The notes beneath the pieces were generated by a model. It was given only the letters and a program-made list of their open reading frames with translations. It made no database searches and was not told the origin of the DNA. Both the position numbers and the translations under genes were made by a program. A stretch of 57,923 nt of DNA, filler included, from Acidimicrobiia bacterium (lineage in GTDB: Bacteria; Actinomycetota; Acidimicrobiia; Spongiisociales; UBA11373): NCBI GenBank assembly GCA_040878325.1. It is 3 parts of 3 records of this genome, joined end to end, with 100 filler letters (N's around TTAATTAATTAA, not from the genome) between each part and the next. Parts side by side here need not be neighbours in the genome. Positions count along the whole stretch, not along the records: positions 21,784 to 51,189 come from JBBDMM010000006.1; 2 more parts are not named here. The stretch is one strand, 5' to 3'. How positions within the stretch are numbered: position 1 is the stretch's first letter; the number at the start of each line of letters is the position of its first letter. This document shows positions 29,939 through 39,980 of the stretch, in pieces.

Positions 29939-32900
29939 TGAGACCCGATGCGGCGGGCGCCGCGGCCTCCGACGACATGACCGTCGATGCGGCCGCCCTG
30001 CTCGAGCTAGAGCCTGACGAGCAGCGTTATCTCCTCGACATGCTGCAACGCGCCTACCAACCCACACACGGGGTACCTTCCGGGGCCGTCCCGCCCGGAG
30101 TTCTGTCAGATGAGCAACGCCAAATCTGGCTCGTCGAGCGGACCGTCGACGCTGGCAGCGCCTACAACATCAGCGTCGCAGTTCGCCTTAAAGGCAGCTT
30201 TGACGAGGACCGGCTTGCTCGCGCCGTGGCCAGCACAATCGACCACCACCCGGCGTTGACTACGGTATTTGCGGCGGCCACCGACGGGGAGCCGGTCGCC
30301 CGAGCGGGCACACGCGCCGAGCGCACCATCGTGGCTGTTGAGATCTCGGCATCGGACGAACAAGCGGCCCTGGGCGAGGCCACCGCGTTCGTCGCCCAGT
30401 CATTCGACCTAGCGGTCGGTCCCCTGATACGCGCCCGCGTCTGGCGCATATCGACCGACCACGGGCTGCTCGTCATCGCCGCCCACCACATTGTCTGCGA
30501 CGGGGCCTCCTTTGAGGTGCTCCTGCACGATGTAGCGCGGCGCTACGAGGAACGGACCGAGTCCGCCTATCTCGACGGCAACTCCGGTCCGCGATCGGCC
30601 GACACCGCCGCCGTCGAGCGCATAGCGGCCGAACACGCGACCATCCCTCCGTTTCTTGACCTCCCGGGCGATGCCCAGCCCGGCGCCGATCGCACCTTCG
30701 AGGGCGGCGCTGTCCACCGCCGGTTCCCCGGCGACCTCGAACGCCGCCTCAGGCAGGTGGCAGAGGAGCTCGCCGTCACCCTGAGTTCCCTGGCCCTTGC
30801 CGGATTCGCGGCTCTCTTGTATCGGTACACCGGCCGGGAGCAGTTCGCCGTCGGTGTGCCGTTTTCAACTCGCCGAACTGCGGCCGACGCAGGGCGAGTT
30901 GGCCTTTACGTGAACTCGCTTCCAGTGCCGTTCGACTGCACTGTGGATATGTCATTCGCCGTGCTCGCGCGAACGGCCCACCGCAAGCTCGCAGAGCGCA
31001 TCGCGCTAGCTCCTACCGTCCCTTTCGCAGCCCTGGTCGAGCGAGTTAACCCTCCCCGCCACCCCACCAGGAACCCGCTATTCCAGGTCGAGTTTGCCTT
31101 TCAGTCGCGGCTGGGGCTGCCGACCACCATGGGCGGTGCTTCCCTCGACCCGGTGCCGATTCCGAGCGGGGCATCGAAGTTCGACCTGTCGCTCGACGTG
31201 ATTGAGACCTCCGACGGGCTCACGGCCTCCTTCGAATTCGCCACAAGCCTGTTCTCCGAGGACCGCATCGACCGGATGGTTGATCATTACCTGGGCCTGC
31301 TTCACCACTTCGCCGACGCGCCGGGCCAGACGCTGGGCACACCCCCCCTGCTCTCCGCTTCGGAGGCTGAATGGGCTGAGAAGGCAGGAGGGCTCACCGC
31401 GGCTGCCGCATACGATCGCCACGAGCCCCTCCTGGCGCGGCTTCGGCGCCATGTCCGAAGGACGCCGGACAGCGTCGCTGTGCTCGACGACCGCGAGTCA
31501 ATAACCTTCGGCGATCTCATATGCCGCGCCGAGGCGGCGGCCAGCGCCCTCGCCCGGGCAGGCGTCAGACAAGGGCAACGAGTGGCGCTCTTCCTCCCCC
31601 GCTCGGCACAGGCCGTCGTCTTCGTGCTCGGAGCCTGGCTGCGCGGTGCTGCCTTCGTGCCCATTGACGCCGACACTCCGCCGCGTCGGGTCGAACATAT
31701 CCTCGACCTCGCGCGGCCTGCGGCGATTGTGGTCGACGACGATACGGCGACCAGGATCGCGGCGCGCTCGGAGCCGCTCGTTCCGGTCAGCGGCTTGATG
31801 CTCGACTCGTACGGCAGCCCACCCTTTGGCAGCGTCGAATCCGGTGATGCTGCCTACTTGATATTCACTTCCGGCACGACCGGCGCGCCGAAAGGGGTCG
31901 AGGTGACTCACCGCGCCCTTGAGACCATGACTACCGCCTGGGCCTCAGAGTACGGGCTCGAAGCTCAACCAGCTCGTTACCTTCAGCTCGCCCGCATATC
32001 CTTCGACATCTTCGTTGGAGACCTTTGCAGGTCGTTCCTGTGCGGTGGGACGCTGGTGGTCTGCCCCGACGAGACCATCACCGACCCCGAACGGCTCCTC
32101 GCGCTGATCGAGTCAGCCCGAGTGGATACCGTTGAGTTCGTCCCCGCCCTACTCCGGTTCGTCCTGGACTACCTGGCTGCCAAGGGGCGGCGGCTACCTG
32201 CCCTGCAGCGCCTCGTGGTCGGCTCCGATATGTGGTCCGTGGACGACGCCCGGAGGATGCTGGAGGCTGTGCCGCCCGGCACACGCTGCTTTTGCTCGTA
32301 CGGGACCACAGAGGCTGCTATCGATAGCACCTACTCCGAACTCGACGGCGACGCCCTTCCCCGCCACGGCCCAGTGCCGATTGGGCGCCCCTTCCCAGGT
32401 GTCGGCATCCGCGTCCTAGACGTTGCCGGGCACGACTGCCCGATCGGCATACCCGGCGAGTTGGTCATCGCAGGGCCAACGGTCAGCGACGGCTACCTTT
32501 TTGGGGCCGGGGCCAGGGATCGCCGATTCCACACGAGCGAGGTCGTGCCCGGGTTCTCTGAGGTGCGGACCGGGGACCGCGCCTACTGGCTCAAGAGCGG
32601 CGAGCTCGTCTGCCTTGGTCGTGATGACGACCTCATAAAGATTCAAGGCGCCCGCGTCGATCCGGTTGAGGTAGAGCGGGTCCTCCGGGCGGTGCGCTCA
32701 GTCGCCGATGCCGCGGCCGTTGCAATCGGGCTACCCGGAGACCAGGAGCTTGTCGCGGTGCTCGTGGCGGCGGACGGCGCCATGGACCCTGTCGCCGAGA
32801 CCAAACGGGAGCTGTCCGAGACACTACCGAGGAGTGCTGTCCCCACCCGCTGGTTAGTGACCGAGAGGCTTCCCACAACCCCTAACGGGAAACTCGACCG

Positions 32901-35661
32901 GCCCGCCGTCCGTGCGCTCGCCGAGGCCGGGAACGAACCCGTCGGCACCGTAGCACCACGCACCGCACTAGAGCGCTCACTCCACGAGATTTGGAGCAGC
33001 GTGCTCCCAGGACGCTACTTCGGAGTGACCGAGAATTTCTTCGTCATCGGCGGGCGGTCGCTGCTGGCCGCACGGTGCGCGTGGCGTATCCGCGATACGC
33101 TGGGCCTTGACGCCTCGACGGCGGACATCTTCCACGCCCAAACGATCGAAGCCCTTGCCGAACGCCTCGTGCGGCCCGGCCGCGCCAAGGAGGTCGCGCT
33201 AGCTCGCCCGGTTCTGTCGCTCCCGGTCGAGATCGGCTTCTCGGGCTCGACGGTGCCCGTGAGGGAGCGGCGACGGGTGCTACTGACCGGCGCCACCGGC
33301 CTCGTTGGCTCGGCGATCGCCCGATCCCTGGGCGACGCCGGCATCGCGGTGACACACCTCGTTCGTGCCGACACGACGGAGGAAGCCGCCCGTCAACTCC
33401 GGGCCAGCGAGGCGGGCCGGCCGGGTCGGCTCGACATCGTGATCGGAGATCTGAGCCGACCACTTCTCGGCCTTGACTCGAACCGCTTCGGCGTACTCGC
33501 GGCGTCAGTCGACGGCGTGGTGAACGCCGCGGCGTGGGTCAGCTTCGTGCTCCCCTACGAGGAGCTGGCCCCGACTAACGTCGGGGGCGTAGTTGAGCTT
33601 CTCCGGCTCTGTGGCTCGGACCAGGGGCGGATCCTGCCTTTGGTCCAAGTGTCGACGGCGTCCGCGGCCCGAGCGGGCGACGCTGCACCGGCGGGGGGCT
33701 ACAACGCCACGAAGTGGGACGCCGACTTCCTCATCAAGCAAGCCGCAGCCTTGGGCCTGCCGGCCACGATCATCCAGCCGGGCTTCGTGGTAGACCCCGG
33801 CCGGCCGCGCACCACGGATCTGCTCTGGGCCTTCCTCGCAACTTGCTGCCAGACTGGTATGGCCCCGCGGATGAACGGGCGTCTCAACCTCGTGCCAGCC
33901 GGGCGTCTCGGCGATATGGCAGCGGCCGCAATTGGCGGAACTCTAGGTTCCGGCGTTTGGGTGGCGGCACACCCGCACCCCGCACGGTGGAGCGACGTCT
34001 ACCGCGCGCTCGCACGCGCCGGCTGGCCGCTCACCATCGTGGAGCCGGACACCTGGCGAGGCTCCGTGGAGGAGCCGGGCCTGCCCATCGAGCCGTTTCT
34101 CACCCTCCTTGATAAGGTTCCGATCGACGAGCTGCTCGAGGACGACGATCTGCACACACACCCGCTAGCCGCGCCGGCGGATGGCGTCTGGCAACCCGTC
34201 GTGGATTTGGTCGTTGATTCGGTGGCCGCCCTCCAGCCGATGGCGAGGGCTCCTGGGCAGCCGACGACGGCGACTAGGCCGCACACCGTGGTGGACGCGG
34301 TTGGTGCCCTGCTGGTCGACTTCGAGGAACGGAACCGGCCGGTCAACTCAATCGTGGTCCACGACCCTGTTCGGGTCATCGCCGAGGCCGCCGCGCTTGA
34401 TCGCATCCCGCTGGAGGATCGAGCGAGCATGCCTCTATTTGGTGTACCGATCACGGTGAAGGAGTCGATCGACGTGGTTGGCTACCCGAGCACGGCTGGC
34501 GACCCGCATGTCTGCGGCGATGCGACCGCGACCGATGCACCCTCCGTGCTCCGACTCAAGGCAGCAGGCGCCGTCATAATCGGCAAGACGAACGTTGCAT
34601 ATCTTCTGGAGGACTGGCAGGCGCGCAACCCACGGTACGGAGTGACTAGCAATCCATATGACCACCGACACACCGCCGGGGGGAGTTCCGGCGGCGCGGC
34701 GGCGGTGGCCCTGAGGTTGAGCGCGGGCGACCTCGGGAGCGACCTCATCGGGTCGCTGCGCGTGCCTGGCGCATTCTGCGGCGTCTTCGCTCACCGGGCG
34801 ACGGATGGTGCTTTGTCGCGGGCCGGCGAGGGGCGGATTGTCCCACGCGACCTTCCCGGTAGCGTCCTCGGGAGCCAGGGTTTCGCTGCGGCGTCTACAT
34901 CGATACTTACCACGCTCCTAGAGGTCGCCGGCGCTGGGTCGATCCACAAGCCTGACCCCGTCAGTTGGCTCAGTTCACGCGACCGCCTCTCCGGCCTACG
35001 CTTGGCCGTGCTCCCGGAGCTTGCCTGGCTCCCACTAAGCGCAGCAACGCGCGCCGCGGTGGAGCTTGCTGCGGCCCGTGCGGCCGACCTAGGCGCCCGA
35101 GTGGTCGAGGCCGCGCCGCCCCGTTGGGGCGAGGAACACATTGCAGTCACCTGCTCGCTGCTCGGCGCCCTCACCCTCGCTCGTCGTCCAGCCGCGGAGC
35201 GGAACGCCATGGTTGAGGCGCTAGCGGCACGCCGTGCCCCGTTCGACGCCGATTGGAGGCGGGGCATTACCGCCTCCGTCATGGACTACTTCGTCTGGCT
35301 GTCGCTGCGGGAGATCATCCGCGAGGGCTACGCCGAGTTTTTCGCCGAGCACGACCTGCTCCTCGCGCCGATCACATTGGGCACTGCTTTCGGTCACATG
35401 GCCGACACATCGCTGTGGCCCACGGGAGAGGCGTCCCAGCCCACCCTCTCAATCAACGGCACAGCAGTCCCCTACGGATGGCAGCTCATATACCCTTCGA
35501 TCGCCTCTCTTCCTGGGCTGCCCGCGACAGCTTTCCCTGTCATGATGGACAGCGGCCTTCCGGTCGGACTCCAGGTGATAGGCCCCGAGGGTGGCGACTT
35601 CGCGTCCATTGAGCTGGCAGGCCGTCTGTCCGACGCCGGTTCGCCTGCGGCGGCGGGCTGA
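29935..35661 (+). CDS. Non-ribosomal peptide synthetase, C-A-T-R fused to an amidase-signature domain
   Basis: HHIVCDG; FTSGTTGAPKG, YGTTE, RTGD, NGKLD; GGRSL; R domain TGATGLVG and YNATK; amidase GVPITVKE, GGSSGG, GSDLIGSLRVP. Confidence 0.92.
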   Translation: MMRPDAAGAAASDDMTVDAAALLELEPDEQRYLLDMLQRAYQPTHGVPSGAVPPGVLSDEQRQIWLVERTVDAGSAYNISVAVRLKGSFDEDRLARAVASTIDHHPALTTVFAAATDGEPVARAGTRAERTIVAVEISASDEQAALGEATAFVAQSFDLAVGPLIRARVWRISTDHGLLVIAAHHIVCDGASFEVLLHDVARRYEERTESAYLDGNSGPRSADTAAVERIAAEHATIPPFLDLPGDAQPGADRTFEGGAVHRRFPGDLERRLRQVAEELAVTLSSLALAGFAALLYRYTGREQFAVGVPFSTRRTAADAGRVGLYVNSLPVPFDCTVDMSFAVLARTAHRKLAERIALAPTVPFAALVERVNPPRHPTRNPLFQVEFAFQSRLGLPTTMGGASLDPVPIPSGASKFDLSLDVIETSDGLTASFEFATSLFSEDRIDRMVDHYLGLLHHFADAPGQTLGTPPLLSASEAEWAEKAGGLTAAAAYDRHEPLLARLRRHVRRTPDSVAVLDDRESITFGDLICRAEAAASALARAGVRQGQRVALFLPRSAQAVVFVLGAWLRGAAFVPIDADTPPRRVEHILDLARPAAIVVDDDTATRIAARSEPLVPVSGLMLDSYGSPPFGSVESGDAAYLIFTSGTTGAPKGVEVTHRALETMTTAWASEYGLEAQPARYLQLARISFDIFVGDLCRSFLCGGTLVVCPDETITDPERLLALIESARVDTVEFVPALLRFVLDYLAAKGRRLPALQRLVVGSDMWSVDDARRMLEAVPPGTRCFCSYGTTEAAIDSTYSELDGDALPRHGPVPIGRPFPGVGIRVLDVAGHDCPIGIPGELVIAGPTVSDGYLFGAGARDRRFHTSEVVPGFSEVRTGDRAYWLKSGELVCLGRDDDLIKIQGARVDPVEVERVLRAVRSVADAAAVAIGLPGDQELVAVLVAADGAMDPVAETKRELSETLPRSAVPTRWLVTERLPTTPNGKLDRPAVRALAEAGNEPVGTVAPRTALERSLHEIWSSVLPGRYFGVTENFFVIGGRSLLAARCAWRIRDTLGLDASTADIFHAQTIEALAERLVRPGRAKEVALARPVLSLPVEIGFSGSTVPVRERRRVLLTGATGLVGSAIARSLGDAGIAVTHLVRADTTEEAARQLRASEAGRPGRLDIVIGDLSRPLLGLDSNRFGVLAASVDGVVNAAAWVSFVLPYEELAPTNVGGVVELLRLCGSDQGRILPLVQVSTASAARAGDAAPAGGYNATKWDADFLIKQAAALGLPATIIQPGFVVDPGRPRTTDLLWAFLATCCQTGMAPRMNGRLNLVPAGRLGDMAAAAIGGTLGSGVWVAAHPHPARWSDVYRALARAGWPLTIVEPDTWRGSVEEPGLPIEPFLTLLDKVPIDELLEDDDLHTHPLAAPADGVWQPVVDLVVDSVAALQPMARAPGQPTTATRPHTVVDAVGALLVDFEERNRPVNSIVVHDPVRVIAEAAALDRIPLEDRASMPLFGVPITVKESIDVVGYPSTAGDPHVCGDATATDAPSVLRLKAAGAVIIGKTNVAYLLEDWQARNPRYGVTSNPYDHRHTAGGSSGGAAAVALRLSAGDLGSDLIGSLRVPGAFCGVFAHRATDGALSRAGEGRIVPRDLPGSVLGSQGFAAASTSILTTLLEVAGAGSIHKPDPVSWLSSRDRLSGLRLAVLPELAWLPLSAATRAAVELAAARAADLGARVVEAAPPRWGEEHIAVTCSLLGALTLARRPAAERNAMVEALAARRAPFDADWRRGITASVMDYFVWLSLREIIREGYAEFFAEHDLLLAPITLGTAFGHMADTSLWPTGEASQPTLSINGTAVPYGWQLIYPSIASLPGLPATAFPVMMDSGLPVGLQVIGPEGGDFASIELAGRLSDAGSPAAAG

Positions 35662-35668
35662 GGCTGCG

Positions 35669-38425
35669 ATGACCCACGGCGCCCCCGAACCCGGCACGTT
35701 GCGTCCCCCGATCGCGCAGGCTGGGTGGATTGTGGTGCGCGGCGCGGGCCAGCACAACCTCAAGTCGATCGACGTTACGATCCCGCGCGACGGCGTCACG
35801 GTGATTACAGGCGTGTCAGGGTGCGGAAAATCGTCGCTGGCCTTCGACACGATCTACGCCGAGGGGCATCGGCAGTATCTCGAAAGCTTGTCGCCCTACG
35901 CGCGCAGCTCCCTCTCCAAGCTCCCCAAGCCGGTGATCGAGTCGATCACCGGCCTCACGCCGACCATCGCTATCGAGCAACGCAAGCTCAGCCGAAACCC
36001 CCGCTCGAGTGTCGGCACCATCACGGAGGTATCAAATTACATGAGGCTGCTCTTCGCCAGGCTCGGTCGCCATGCATGCGCCGGATGCGGAGATGAGGTC
36101 TTCCCGCGAATCGCAGCGGAGCACGTCGATTGGCTCCGCAGCCATGGCGATCAGCATCCGCTGGTGGTCGCGCCGCTTGACAGCGACGAAGGCAGCCTGA
36201 CGCTCGAACCGGGATGGGCAAGCCGGACGACGTCGAAGGTAGAGCGGCTGCTCACCGGCGCGCTGCATGCCGGGCGCGTGATGGTGGTGCGCGACAGCAC
36301 CGGCGTCGTGAGGTACGTCGCCCCCGGCTGGATCTGTGCCACGTGTGGGACGGAATCCGTGGCTACATCGTCGGACTACTTCACCTCCAACTCGCCGCGG
36401 GGGATGTGCGAGGCGTGCGATGGACTCGGCTACACGGTCGCGGTCGACCAAAGGCTTTTGGTGCTTGACGACCGGGAGTCGGTCCGCTCCGGGGCGCTAG
36501 CGTTCTTCGGCGACAGGCGCCGTAGCAAGAAGACCTGGTGGCCGCTCCGGCGCATGCCAAGGCTGCTAGAACTTGCTGGCGCCAACCTCGACACCCCATG
36601 GCGCGAGATCCCCTCGAGCGTCAGGCGGTTGATCCTTACCGGCACCGCGGGGGCTGACCTGCCACCGCCTGTCGCGACCGACGTTACTCGCGAACCATTC
36701 ACGGGCCTGACGTCGGAGATCGAGCGGCTTTATCGAGATGCCAACTCGGCGAAGCGTAGGGACGCATATGCATCCCTAATGGCAACTGCGACCTGCCCGG
36801 CGTGCGGCGGGGCGGGCCATGCCCGGGCCGCCCTCACGGTCCGCCTCGGCGGTCTCAACATCGCCCAGGTCAATTCACTCACCATTGATGAGTTGCAGAA
36901 TTGGTTCACGGACGTGGAAACCGAGCTGGCTGGGTCGTTTCTCCATCAAATCGGCGCCGAACTGCTCGAGGAAGTCCGACTCCGGACGGAGTTCATGATC
37001 GACGTTGGTCTCGACTACCTCTCGCTCGATCGCAAGGCACCTTCGCTCTCGGTCGGCGAAGGTCAACGGCTAAGGCTTACTCGCCAGCTCGGGTGCGGCC
37101 TCGTAGGGATCACCTACATCCTCGACGAACCGTCGATCGGCCTCCATGCCCGTGACATGGGAAAGCTCATCGGGGTCCTGCGTCGGCTCCACACGGCAGG
37201 GAACACCGTTCTCGTGGTTGAGCACGACCGAGAGACGATCGAGGCGGCCGACTTCATCCTCGATCTCGGACCGGGCGCCGGTGTCCTCGGCGGCCGGCTG
37301 GTGGCGTCAGGCACCCGGGACCAGGTTGCCGCGACAGCCGACTCGCCCACCGGACAGTTCTTGCGCGGAACGCTCTCGGTCGAATCGGGGCGTTCGGGGA
37401 AGAGGAGGCCGCCGGATGCCTGGCTCACCGTCGAGGGTGCCAACCTTCATAACCTCGCCGACATCACCGTCCCGATCCCCATTGGGCGTCTCACCTGCGT
37501 CACCGGGGTCAGCGGCAGCGGCAAGACCTCGTTGACAAGTGGGTCGATCGGGCCGGCCGTCTCCGCTGCGATCCGCGACGGACAAGTGGGACCTGGGCCC
37601 TACCGAGGTATCACGGGCTGGGAGTCAATGACGCGAGTCGCGACCGTTACCCAACAGTCGATCGGCCGATCCGCCCGTTCGACCCCGGCGACATACATCG
37701 GAATATTCGACGAAGTACGAAAGACTTTCGCGAAGCTGCCCGAGGCCCGCGCCCGGCGCTACTCGACCGCTCAGTTCAGCTTCAACACCGACCGGGGAGG
37801 CCGATGCGGCCGCTGTCTCGGCACAGGGTCGATCTGGGTCCAGATGCACTTTCTCGCCGACGTCGCGGTCGACTGCCCGACTTGCGAAGGGCGGCGGTTC
37901 GCCCCCGAAACGCTCGAAATCCGTTACGGCGGCCTGAACATCGCCGATGTCCTCGACCTGGAGGTGGGCCAGGCCCTAGACCACTTTGCCGAACATACGC
38001 GAATCGTGGGGCCTTTGCAGGTCCTCGCCGACGTCGGCCTCGGCTACCTGCGCCTCGGTCAGGAAACGTCCACCCTCAGTGGCGGCGAGGCCCAGCGGCT
38101 GAAACTCGCCCGAGAGCTGACCCAGCCTGGCGAAGGGCGCACACTGTACCTGATCGACGAGCCGACCACAGGTCTCCACGCCTTCGACATCCAACTCCTC
38201 GTGGACGTCCTCGAGAGGCTCGTCGATCGGGGCGACACGGTCGTCGCCGTGGAACACGACATCGACTTCATCGCCACGGCGGACTGGATCGTTGACCTCG
38301 GACCCGGTGGCGGGCGCGCTGGCGGACAGCTCGTCGCGTCCGGGCCCCCGGCGGAGCTCGCCAATCATCCAGCCAGTGCGCTGGCGCCCTACCTGGCGAG
38401 GCGCCTTGCTGTCGCAGAGCGCTGA
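35669..38425 (+). CDS. UvrA-like protein (DrrC/UvrA2-type putative self-resistance)
   Basis: GAGQHNLK, GVSGCGKSS, LDEPSIGLH, second GVSGSGKTS and LSGGEAQRLKL, Zn-finger CxxC pairs; no uvrB or uvrC nearby; start set at ATG 35669. Confidence 0.9.
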   Translation: MTHGAPEPGTLRPPIAQAGWIVVRGAGQHNLKSIDVTIPRDGVTVITGVSGCGKSSLAFDTIYAEGHRQYLESLSPYARSSLSKLPKPVIESITGLTPTIAIEQRKLSRNPRSSVGTITEVSNYMRLLFARLGRHACAGCGDEVFPRIAAEHVDWLRSHGDQHPLVVAPLDSDEGSLTLEPGWASRTTSKVERLLTGALHAGRVMVVRDSTGVVRYVAPGWICATCGTESVATSSDYFTSNSPRGMCEACDGLGYTVAVDQRLLVLDDRESVRSGALAFFGDRRRSKKTWWPLRRMPRLLELAGANLDTPWREIPSSVRRLILTGTAGADLPPPVATDVTREPFTGLTSEIERLYRDANSAKRRDAYASLMATATCPACGGAGHARAALTVRLGGLNIAQVNSLTIDELQNWFTDVETELAGSFLHQIGAELLEEVRLRTEFMIDVGLDYLSLDRKAPSLSVGEGQRLRLTRQLGCGLVGITYILDEPSIGLHARDMGKLIGVLRRLHTAGNTVLVVEHDRETIEAADFILDLGPGAGVLGGRLVASGTRDQVAATADSPTGQFLRGTLSVESGRSGKRRPPDAWLTVEGANLHNLADITVPIPIGRLTCVTGVSGSGKTSLTSGSIGPAVSAAIRDGQVGPGPYRGITGWESMTRVATVTQQSIGRSARSTPATYIGIFDEVRKTFAKLPEARARRYSTAQFSFNTDRGGRCGRCLGTGSIWVQMHFLADVAVDCPTCEGRRFAPETLEIRYGGLNIADVLDLEVGQALDHFAEHTRIVGPLQVLADVGLGYLRLGQETSTLSGGEAQRLKLARELTQPGEGRTLYLIDEPTTGLHAFDIQLLVDVLERLVDRGDTVVAVEHDIDFIATADWIVDLGPGGGRAGGQLVASGPPAELANHPASALAPYLARRLAVAER

Positions 38426-38533
38426 CGTTCGCCCTTCCGTGCCCCGGCAGCGACCAAGGCCTCAACGCCAGCGAGTCCTTCAAGCAGTCGACGTCACCGA
38501 ACCTTCGCGGCGCATAGAGAACCCCGCCGCCCC

Positions 38534-39952
38534 TCACACCAACAACTGACACGTCCCCCGCTTGAGGAACCGCCCATCCCCCTTGGTCCCGTGATACGCC
38601 CCGTCTGAGATCAGGACCTTGCCGCGGGACATCACCAGGGTGATGTCGCCTTGGACCTTCTTGCCTTCGTAGGCGTTGTAGTCGACGTCCATGTGGCTCG
38701 ACTTCACCGACATGGTGTGCATGGCGTTGGGGTCGAAGATCACGATGTCGGCGTCGGTGCCGATGGCGATGGTTCCCTTCTGGGGGAACAGGCCGAACAT
38801 CTTCGCCGGCGCCGTTGCGGTCACCTCGACGAAGCGGTTGAGGTTGAGCCGGCCTTCGCCGACCGCCCCGTGGTAGATCATCCGCATCCGGTCCTCCACT
38901 CCAGGGAGGCCGTTGGGGATCTTGGTGAAGTCGCCCTCGCCCAACCGCTTCTGGGTTCCCAAGCGGGGATGGTCGTTCATGCAGAACGGGCAGTGGTCGG
39001 TCGAGACCACCTGCAGGTCGTTGGTGGCGAGGTACTTCCACAGCGCATCCTGGTGGCCCTGCTCGCGGTCGCGCACCGGGGTCGAGCACACGTACTTGGC
39101 GCCGCCGAAACCGGGCTCGCGCAGGTTGTCCCAGTCCAGGAACAGGTACTGGGGGCAGGTTTCCCCGAACGCGTTCTGGCCCCGGTTGCGGGCCATCGCC
39201 ACCTCGGCCACCGCCTGCTTCGCCGACATGTGCACCACATACACCGGGCATCCGGCCAACTCGGCGTAGGCGAGCACCCGGTGGGTAGCCTCGGCCTCGG
39301 TTACTGGGGGGCGGGTGATGGCGTGGTGGATCGGGTCGGTTTCCCCCCGCTGCAGCGCCTGCTCGCGCAGCACGTCGATGACCATGCCGTTCTCGGCGTG
39401 CATCATGATCGTCCCGCCGTTCTCGGCAGCCTTCTGCATCGCCCGGAACACCTTGCCGTCGTCCGAGTAGAGGACCCCCGGGTAGGCGGTGAACAGTTTG
39501 AAGGAGGTCACCCCCTCCCCCATGAGGATGTCCATCTCCTTCAGCGCCTGGTCGGTGACATCGCCGACGATCATGTGGAACCCGTAGTCGATGGCGCAGT
39601 TGCCCGCGGCCTTCTCCATCCACGCCTCGTAACCGTCCATCACCTGCTCGCCGACAACCTGGACGGCGAAGTCGATGATCGTGGTGGTGCCGCCCCAGGC
39701 GGCAGCGCGGGTACCCGACTCGAAGTCGTCGGAGGCGAGAGTGCCTCCGAAGGGCAACTCCATGTGGGTGTGAACATCAATCCCGCCGGGGAACAGGTAC
39801 TTGCCTTTGGCGTCGATCTCCTTGTCGGCCTTCCACCCGTGGGACTTGGGAGCGGCGATGCCGACGATCTTCTCGCCGTCGATCAGGACGTCGGCGGACA
39901 TGGTTTCGGTGGCGGTGATCACTGTTCCGTTGCGGATGAGGGTGGTGGGCAT
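38534..39952 (-). CDS. hydA: Dihydropyrimidinase
   Basis: PGGIDVHTH, GGTTTIIDF, GVTSFK, HAENG, ETCPQYL, STDHCPF, KIPNGLPG; GAGGAG RBS before ATG 39952. Confidence 0.95.
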   Translation of the reverse strand: MPTTLIRNGTVITATETMSADVLIDGEKIVGIAAPKSHGWKADKEIDAKGKYLFPGGIDVHTHMELPFGGTLASDDFESGTRAAAWGGTTTIIDFAVQVVGEQVMDGYEAWMEKAAGNCAIDYGFHMIVGDVTDQALKEMDILMGEGVTSFKLFTAYPGVLYSDDGKVFRAMQKAAENGGTIMMHAENGMVIDVLREQALQRGETDPIHHAITRPPVTEAEATHRVLAYAELAGCPVYVVHMSAKQAVAEVAMARNRGQNAFGETCPQYLFLDWDNLREPGFGGAKYVCSTPVRDREQGHQDALWKYLATNDLQVVSTDHCPFCMNDHPRLGTQKRLGEGDFTKIPNGLPGVEDRMRMIYHGAVGEGRLNLNRFVEVTATAPAKMFGLFPQKGTIAIGTDADIVIFDPNAMHTMSVKSSHMDVDYNAYEGKKVQGDITLVMSRGKVLISDGAYHGTKGDGRFLKRGTCQLLV

Positions 39953-39980
39953 TGCGGGCTCCTCTTGTGGCGGTGTTTCT

